Source: Haliotis rufescens (lineage: Eukaryota). Taken from it: a stretch of DNA of 64,000 nucleotides. The translations under genes were made by a program, and so were the position numbers. The first letter of the stretch is position 1; each line of letters starts with the position of its first letter. Shown one piece after another: positions 56,359 through 64,000 of this stretch. The DNA is taken from assembly GCF_023055435.1 (NCBI RefSeq), contig NW_025963791.1, positions 17,794,001-17,858,000 on the forward strand, read 5' to 3'. The notes under the pieces are model-generated. The model saw only the letters and a program-made list of their open reading frames with translations. It ran no database searches and was not told where the DNA came from.

Positions 56359-59300
56359 CTTTGATTCATGCAGCAGGTTCCACCACTGCCCTAACTGTTA
56401 TGTCTCAAATAGTCACTGCATCTGCATCAAATCAAAACACATGTGTACTTAATGATAAGTAAATGTATAAATATTAAATTATAATTATGACTTTGGGCAT
56501 GGGGTATTATTTGATACCAGCAAAGTTAAGAATTCAAATTCATAAAGCCGATTCACGTTTTCAGCTTGCATTATCTAACTGTCTGAAACCAAGGTAGTTC
56601 GTTCTGGGAGCTGATTGAGGGAAATAGGATGTGACACTATGATTTATTATACTAAATGTCTAGACAGACTTTTTTATTCAAATGTGCAGGGAATGACAGT
56701 TATCAAGAATGTGTTGTACATGTATGTTCGATGTAAATAACTCGCTATGTCTTTTCATTTTAAAGAGATATAGAAAAAAAGAAACATGCATCAGTAAATA
56801 ACTTTCACGTGAAATAACGGTAAATTATCTGATGTGAAATTATATCGTTATGACCCAAATACTGACACTAGTTCTGTGTTCAAATTGTTACAGTACCTAT
56901 TCACAGTTAGATTAAAAAGGGTGTAAGGCTGGGCCAGTCGTTTACGGCATCGTTCTTTCAGTTTTCATTTATATAATTTCCAACACTATATTGCCCTTCA
57001 CGCCCAATGGAATCTGGATTCGGCAGATACTCGAATGTGCTTATTGACGTATTATGCTTACTGGCGTTGACGTATTGTAACGTCATGTCTCAAACTCCGT
57101 GTGTGAGCTGTTACAATGTTTGATATTTAGTTGATACAAATATAGGCTTATCTTGTTCAGAAACAATTTCTTTGTTGACTGTTATGTTACTATCCTTCAG
57201 CGATCACTTTGATACAAATCCTTCTAAAAGTAGCAGTGAAAATATGCTGCATCATGACGAGTGGAAAAATCAACGAGACCAGGAAGTAAAATATTTTCGT
57301 CTTCCCAACCGTAATTCTCCCAACGTTCTTCTCAACACATGGGCGTTGTCTGACATTGTGTGATGTCACACGTCTACGCACATACAGGACGTTAAGTAGG
57401 CCACACTTGCTCGGAACAGGTTTCAATTAAGGTAGTTCCTGGCGCTCAACAAGCCACTGAACAAAGGGGCACCTATCGATAAGACTCGGGTAGCCACAGA
57501 TGAGAGTTTCCAAATTCATAACCCTTGAATCTACGAGAATATGTCGGCGATGCAATAGCCTAGTGATTAAAGTGTTAGCTCGTCACGCCCAGGTATCGGG
57601 TTCGGGTCCCTACATGGTTACATCCCCGGGGATTCCGGGAGAGATACCAACCGCAGTTGTCATATTGACAATAGATGATTGATACACATAACTTATAAAA
57701 GGACAAAACCTTTCCATAATCATGAGAAATCTCTGCTAAGAGCAGAATCCATTGTACGATTTCAACTGTATCAGAAGCATGTGCTTATGAATAAGTACCA
57801 AACAGTCAGGGTACCAGGTGTTCGCGAAAGTTGGGCGTATCCTGACCCAAAGGTGACACCTGTCCCAAACACATGCAACGACAAGTCAGTTGTTCAACTG
57901 ACAAAACACGTGAACATTATATAAATACTTCACCACCACTTTAAACGTTTTATATTTATAAGACAGCTTTGAGGGGTGATTCAAATAACTGTCAGGCCTC
58001 GATTTGGGGAATTAGCTGTTGGGAGCTAGCCTTGAAACAAGAGTGAAGAGAGCTTTGAGGTCCTTAGGGTTTATTCAAGCAAGTGTGTCATATCATTCAA
58101 GTTACATCAATTAATATATAATAGTGACCTACAATGATAATTATGATACAAATATGCTAACACAGTGTCCATCTTATAAAGGCATAATGATAAAGGCAAT
58201 GTATTTAATATTGGAGTATGTACGGTAACATTATACAATAGATGCAATATTTACTAGAGTAATAATGGTAATGCCAAATAACATTTCTTAACAGTTAAAT
58301 TGAGTAGTCCTAACATTTTAATAGAGCATGTACTGCGCAAAACCTGCGCCAGCTGGTAAAAAACCATTTATCAAGAGAACAAGGGCCGGTGCGGACGTAC
58401 GCGCCGACTTTATCTATGATTACTTAATTTACTCTTCGCGTGAATGAGCTTGCCAAGGAGCAGCCGTCATGGTCGACCAGTGGCGATAAGAACGAGAAAT
58501 ACTGGTCTATCGACTTTCGAATTTTATAATTTCCTAGTTTAAGTTTAATTTGTGAAAAATATAAAAAGTATAATGAAATATATGCACTGTAATAGTTATG
58601 GGCAAGAGCAACACACAAGGTACACGTAATCATTTATAATTGTTGGAATATGGAACGTCTTTGTTGGATTGTCAGTTGTATTTATTAATTTACATATTGA
58701 CAATTTACAGAATGGCTCTGATTAAATTCAACATGCCACACTCATGTTAACTGAATGCAAATAAATCTTGAATTGCTTTGATGTAATCGACGTTATACAC
58801 CGTTCCTATATGCTTCATTTGCTCTTTCGCATTATGCATTACATGTGACAGAATGGTATTCCAATTCAGTAGATCCACTTCCCTCGGTTAGTCATGGCAT
58901 CGATGATGTCTATTGAAGCGTAGGCGTATTGACATCCTCCCACGAGATTAACGGACAACTTATTACATGTATAATGTTTGTTTCTACAGAAAAGGCTAAA
59001 AAGTCGTGCGAATGACAATTCTATAATTAGACTATTCTTATAACTCGTTACTTTGTATTTTGATAATAATTAATATAAATGGATATTTATAATGCGCTAT
59101 ATAACATGCTCAAATCGTTATTACCATTATTACCCAGGTCAACGGATCAATGTGCCATTGGTTTTATTCTCATCTCCCTGGGGAGTATGTTATATTGATG
59201 TGTATGTAACCTTCGTCCGGGCAAACATTTATACACGTCATGGAGACATGTGTTTGATAAATTTCGACAAATTGCCTATTTCCCCAAGATTTCACTTCAC

Positions 59301-60946
59301 AATCTTTATGGGTACAATGTGTGAAGCCCATTTCTGGTGTCCCCCGCCGTGATATTGCTGGAATATTGCTAAAAGCGGCGTAAAACCAAACTCACTCACT
59401 CACTCACTCACAATCTTTAGCACGACCTTACCTTAAACAGAATGATTACTTTCAACCATTATCAAACTAAATATATGACCCTCGATACAATTTTCAAAGT
59501 GAGCTGATACGCTATATTCTGTGTGTACATATTTGTGGCCTAACATTGATGGAGTGGATACTGAACGTGGCGACTTGTCCAATTTCAAGGGAAAGCTTTA
59601 AATGTTTCTGTTCATATGCCGACTCAACGTTAATCTGACAGACTTTACACCCAGCTAGGTATAGACTAGTGACGTCAGGTTACTCCGCGTTGTCCGGGAG
59701 ACATATATGTGTCATATGTATATTTATTATGTATCCTGACAGAATATAATCCTTAATCAATTTCATTAATTATCCCCAGTGAATTAACCCAGTTACATCA
59801 CGTGTGACAAGATGACTTGTCCGAATACTCGAATAAAACAATCACAAACGTACTTTGTTAGGTATCGAACTTCCATCATACGTTTTCAGTGTTCTGTGTA
59901 GTAATGTTAAGTTTATAAACTGTGTCTCCCAAGAATGTTCGAGAAAGAGGTGAGGTGATATATGGTTATTTAATTTGTGTCGTATACTTTAGTGAGTGAG
60001 TATTACGCTGCTTTCAGAAATATTCCAGCAATATCACGGCGGAGAACAGAAATGGGCTCGTGTATTTTAAAACGTTCGACTTAAAAAAAACCAAACAGTA
60101 TTAAGGATTGTACAACCGTGACACCCGTTACAGGTCGTTTCTTTATTGTTCATTGCGTCAGCCCAAACCTCTAGGCGACGCTCGAACTGTTGCTGGTAAC
60201 CGTCACAACAGTTTATACACAAGGCTAAAAATGTGCCGTTCGCATACAAGTTCTCACTCAATCGAACTCTTATCTTCCCAGATCAGATAATACATGTTAG
60301 TTATTCAAAAAATCTTAATTCAAGCTCTTGAAAGTCACTGGCCTATAGCACAGATTTGTAACATCGTATATTTTAACCAGTGTTAACAAATTTGTTTCTG
60401 TTCAACAATGCGTGGTATATGAATATGGGCATGTTTTGTATTCATTAACTTATCTGATACACTTTACCAAACAGTGTAGTTTAATAATACAATACTAATA
60501 CTATGTGTCTCATTAATGTAATACACATGTATATATTTCAAGGTTAGTTACATTATATGTGCAGTCGCGCACAAAAAAAGTCCTCTGATCATGTAAATAT
60601 GTATTATTCACGATATGATAATAAAACGTTATGTCTAGACGATTAGCCACAATTACAACGGCTTAGTGGGCGTTGATAGACTGTCACAACGGTAGCAGGA
60701 TCAATATATACCTGGCCACGGTACAACAGCCGCGTTTCCACGTCGCTGGTATCGCAATAATTGTGAGCAGTCAAGTACATGACTTGATTAGTCAGATCAA
60801 ACATTAAAACCCTGTGCTTATTCAAGAGTAATCCCTCGGGTCCAAACAAACAGGGAGCGAGAAAGCCACAGCGCCTTGTTTCTGGTCCCTTCAACAGTAT
60901 CATATGCCACATTTGAATCACCACTGCACAGGAACGTCTATTTAAT

Positions 60947-61168
60947 TGGTTGGTTGGTTTGGATGCAAGCTATATGACGGCAGCCTGTAAATAATCGAGT
61001 CTGGATAAAACAATCCAGTGATTAATATTGGGATCGATGACATGCACCAACCATGTCAGCGAGCCTGACCACCCGATCCCGTTAGTCGCCTCTTACGACA
61101 AGCATAGTCGCCTTTTACGGCAAGCATGGGTTGCTGAAGACCTATTCTACCCCTGATCTTCACGGGTC
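60947..61168 (-). mobile_element. SINE family A copy (internally deleted)
   Basis: Matches 5001-5268 in reverse; TSD gtcta(t/c)ttaat. Confidence 0.8.
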
Positions 61169-63399
61169 GTCTACTTAATACTTGACTTGCATGACAACTG
61201 TTTAGAACTGTTGTATAACTGTTAGGATAATTTATTCAAGACATAGCTAGCCGGGAGAATGTGTTTCCTGAGTGTCCGTCAATCTAGAGTAGATCGTTCA
61301 CTATTTGGCGACGAATGTCTGTGCCACTAACGAAAGTTACTTTTACGAAGGTACTGGTTTATTTCTTCTAATTACTTATTTATAGATATTTTCTTCGGAA
61401 AAAACTTTATTTGCCTGATACAGAGTGAGTGAGTTGGGTTTAACGCCCCTTTTAACAGTATTCCAGTTATATCACGGCGTGTCAGCTTTATGTGGGAGGA
61501 AAGCCCGAAGTAATGCAGGTCTCAGACGTTTACCACTTAGGTGAAACCCACGAGCACGGGTATGGTGATGACACATAGGTCTCCAGCGTGCCCAAGGGAC
61601 GCCTGATACAGAAGAGGGATTTGTTATATATACCGCTGGGGACATCCATAGTATATATAAACACGGTGATATTGCGGCCTGCTAGTGGTTCGTTCATCCA
61701 GAAACTTGTCTATCCAGACAGTAAAGCGCTAGTTTTACTTGATGAACGTTCAGAATGGCCAGTGAATTCCTGGCTCAGATCTAGAATCAACTGCAGCATC
61801 AATAGCGTGACGTCATCTTAATAGTGTAATTGCAGTTATATTCACGGGGCATTCAACGTGTTAGTGGCATCCGGTATAATATATGTCGTCGCTGTTTCTG
61901 TGTTTAGTTTGGGGCTAAATCGTCATTTTACTCGACAACACTTTCGAACAAATACAATGCGACAAGATAAATGTAGTTATCTGAATGTTGTACACTTAAG
62001 ATTTACAATGACTGCAAATGATAGATTCTGTAAATGATGCAAAATATATGTCTAGCACTTCGCTTTAAAGTATCATTTCGAGAACAATGTAGCCAGAGCA
62101 TAAGGCATCACAGTTTAGTGAGGATCATAATGTTACGAGCCCGTAATCGACAGAAATATATTGAAGGGTTCACGGCTGAATTGGAACTCAGCCAAGTGGG
62201 AATTCCGGTTCTTTTATAAGGCGATGGGGTGACTATAGATACGTGTGGCGAGAGGAGTTTTAGCCAATTGTAATCTCTGCATGTAACAGTGTACTTATTT
62301 CAATTATATATTCATGTGAACTGTTATGCGTGCTGGCATGTGGGCAATTATGTACAGCAATGGGCGTTAGGGTAGAATGATGACAATGAAAGTGACGATG
62401 GTGACATTTATGTCTTTTGTGTGTGATGCAGCTAACAAATGCAGGGTCGGAATGTAATGCTCGACAATCACATAAACAGAACTGACACAACCTTTCCATT
62501 TTCATCAGAAATCTCTACCAAAAGGAGAGTCGATTGTACGATTCCGACTGTATCATGTTTATGAATCACTATTAAATAGTGATGACACTGGGTGTTCGCG
62601 AAATAGTGAGCGTACCCTGCCAACCGGCGGCAGCCGTCATAAACACATGCAAAGTCAAGTCAATTATTAACCTGAAAAACACGGGAACATAACATGTGCT
62701 ACATCAGACAACAGCCCCGGGATGATACTGATATAACACAGCATATTATTGCAGAAACATATTATGTTATATTTGTAACACAATAACGTGAAATAATCAA
62801 TCAATCCACACGTTTTAACAAATAAGCAAATAATACAGGTGTGCTTCTAATACAACCTGTTTCGCAAGTTATATTTTTCTTGAGCAAATTAAAGTCTAGA
62901 TATATTTGTTCTATACCAATCTAGATTGTTAGAGCTCTTCAACAGTTTTGGTTGTAACAATGTAAATGACCATGACCTTGCTTCGACACTATAACGAAAA
63001 TCTATATTCTTACTGTTGACACGTGCTTGCGATTGTATGCATCAAAAAGTTGTTTTGTCGTCCTATATTCCGTTGACTTTATCTGCTTATGGTTTTGTCT
63101 GTGACCTGCATCAATTAAGATGACATGCCGTGATATAACTGGAAGACTGTTAAAAGCGGCTTAAAATCCAGCTCACTCACTCACTCTAACTGTATAGAAT
63201 TCAGTAATGAATCAGAACTTCAACATGCTATTTTTCAGATGATTGAATGATATTGCATTTGACGGTCACGTCAAACTGACAGATCTGGGGATCTAGAATA
63301 TCTTGACCAATGTGTTTTGTATAATTTAGGGTTTAGTAAACTTGAAAAACAGCTACCCTTCTGCTCTGTTACATCAGGAACGTAGTCTCTTTGTATACA

Positions 63400-63560
63400 G
63401 GGGCGGTCGGGTAGCCTAGTGGTTAAAGCGTTCGCTCGTCACGCCGAAGACCCGGATTCCATTCCCGACATGAGTACAATGTGTGAAACCCATTTCTGGT
63501 GTCCCCCGCCGTGATATTGCTGGAATATTGCTAAAAGCGGCGTAAAACCATACTCACTCA
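63400..63560 (+). mobile_element. Full-length tRNA-derived SINE family B
   Basis: A-box tagcctagtggtt, B-box-like ggattccattccc, tail gcggcgtaaaaccatactcactca, 13-bp TSD ctctttgtataca. Truncated copies at ~9361-9450, ~59308-59410 and ~59990-60060. Confidence 0.88.
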
Positions 63561-64000
63561 CTCTTTGTATACATATAGATGCTGTTCTGTCTCTTGACAA
63601 GGTTGACACCATACAGTAGTATTAACATCAATCCAATAGCTATCCAGTTCGTGAACTGTGAATCCTCAAGATTCCGGAAACCCGGTCATCGGTATTCATT
63701 TGGTTGTTTATTCATTTTGGTCATTTGGACATATCATATATACGACGAGGGACAGAGCATTATCCAAACCACGAAATAAGAAATCACCTCACATTCTTTT
63801 GGCCAATGAGCTCTGACTATGGTAGTTTGGGGTTTCACCTTAAATGTTATTTTCAGATCTGACGTAATCGTTGTCTTCCTTCCATTTTTTAATAACAGAA
63901 ATGTCACACACATTTGTAATATCTAGTTATACACATTGCTTTAATCAAGCACGGATGACATGATCAATAAAAGATCAAGATACATGTTATGAAATTATCC

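Noticed and set aside
55852-56462. His-rich ORFs of 68-160 aa
   Set aside because: Translations of the 22-bp minisatellite; no splice or domain support.
57190-62505. Minus-strand ORFs at 57190-57426, 60643-60924 and 62260-62505 as exons of a further gene or a TNF ligand
   Set aside because: No CRD, TNF or other recognisable motif, and no consistent exon chain could be built.
63400-63470. tRNA gene
   Set aside because: The tRNA-like head continues into a SINE body and tail with a 13-bp TSD and multiple dispersed copies.

Overview
AT-rich eukaryotic (metazoan, probably molluscan/gastropod-type, inferred from the SINE tails) genomic DNA with spliceosomal introns, four N-gaps and many SINE/LINE/DNA-transposon relics. 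The ORF track hides the main content because the genes are split into short exons. Manual splicing reveals a head-to-tail (+ strand) array of about nine paralogous small single-pass membrane receptor genes between 67 and 48158. Each is built from phase-1 exons: one or two 6-Cys modules (C-x4-[YF]-[YLWMF]-[DEN]-x5-C-x2-C-x3-C-x7..11-C-x3-CP), a Ser/Thr-rich stalk, a TM helix and a short tail with no death domain. The module resembles the TACI/BCMA/Fn14/Grindelwald type of TNF-receptor cysteine-rich domain (CRD). Two architectures occur: apparently leaderless single-CRD genes and signal-peptide two-CRD genes, the latter with NF-kB(+CRE)-like promoter motifs. There are also decaying copies. A Merlin (IS1595-like) transposon with an intact transposase and two tightly packed unknown ORFs sits inside the array. 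The last 16 kb is mostly repeats. All gene models are hand-spliced from GT-AG signals and frame consistency, with no transcript evidence.
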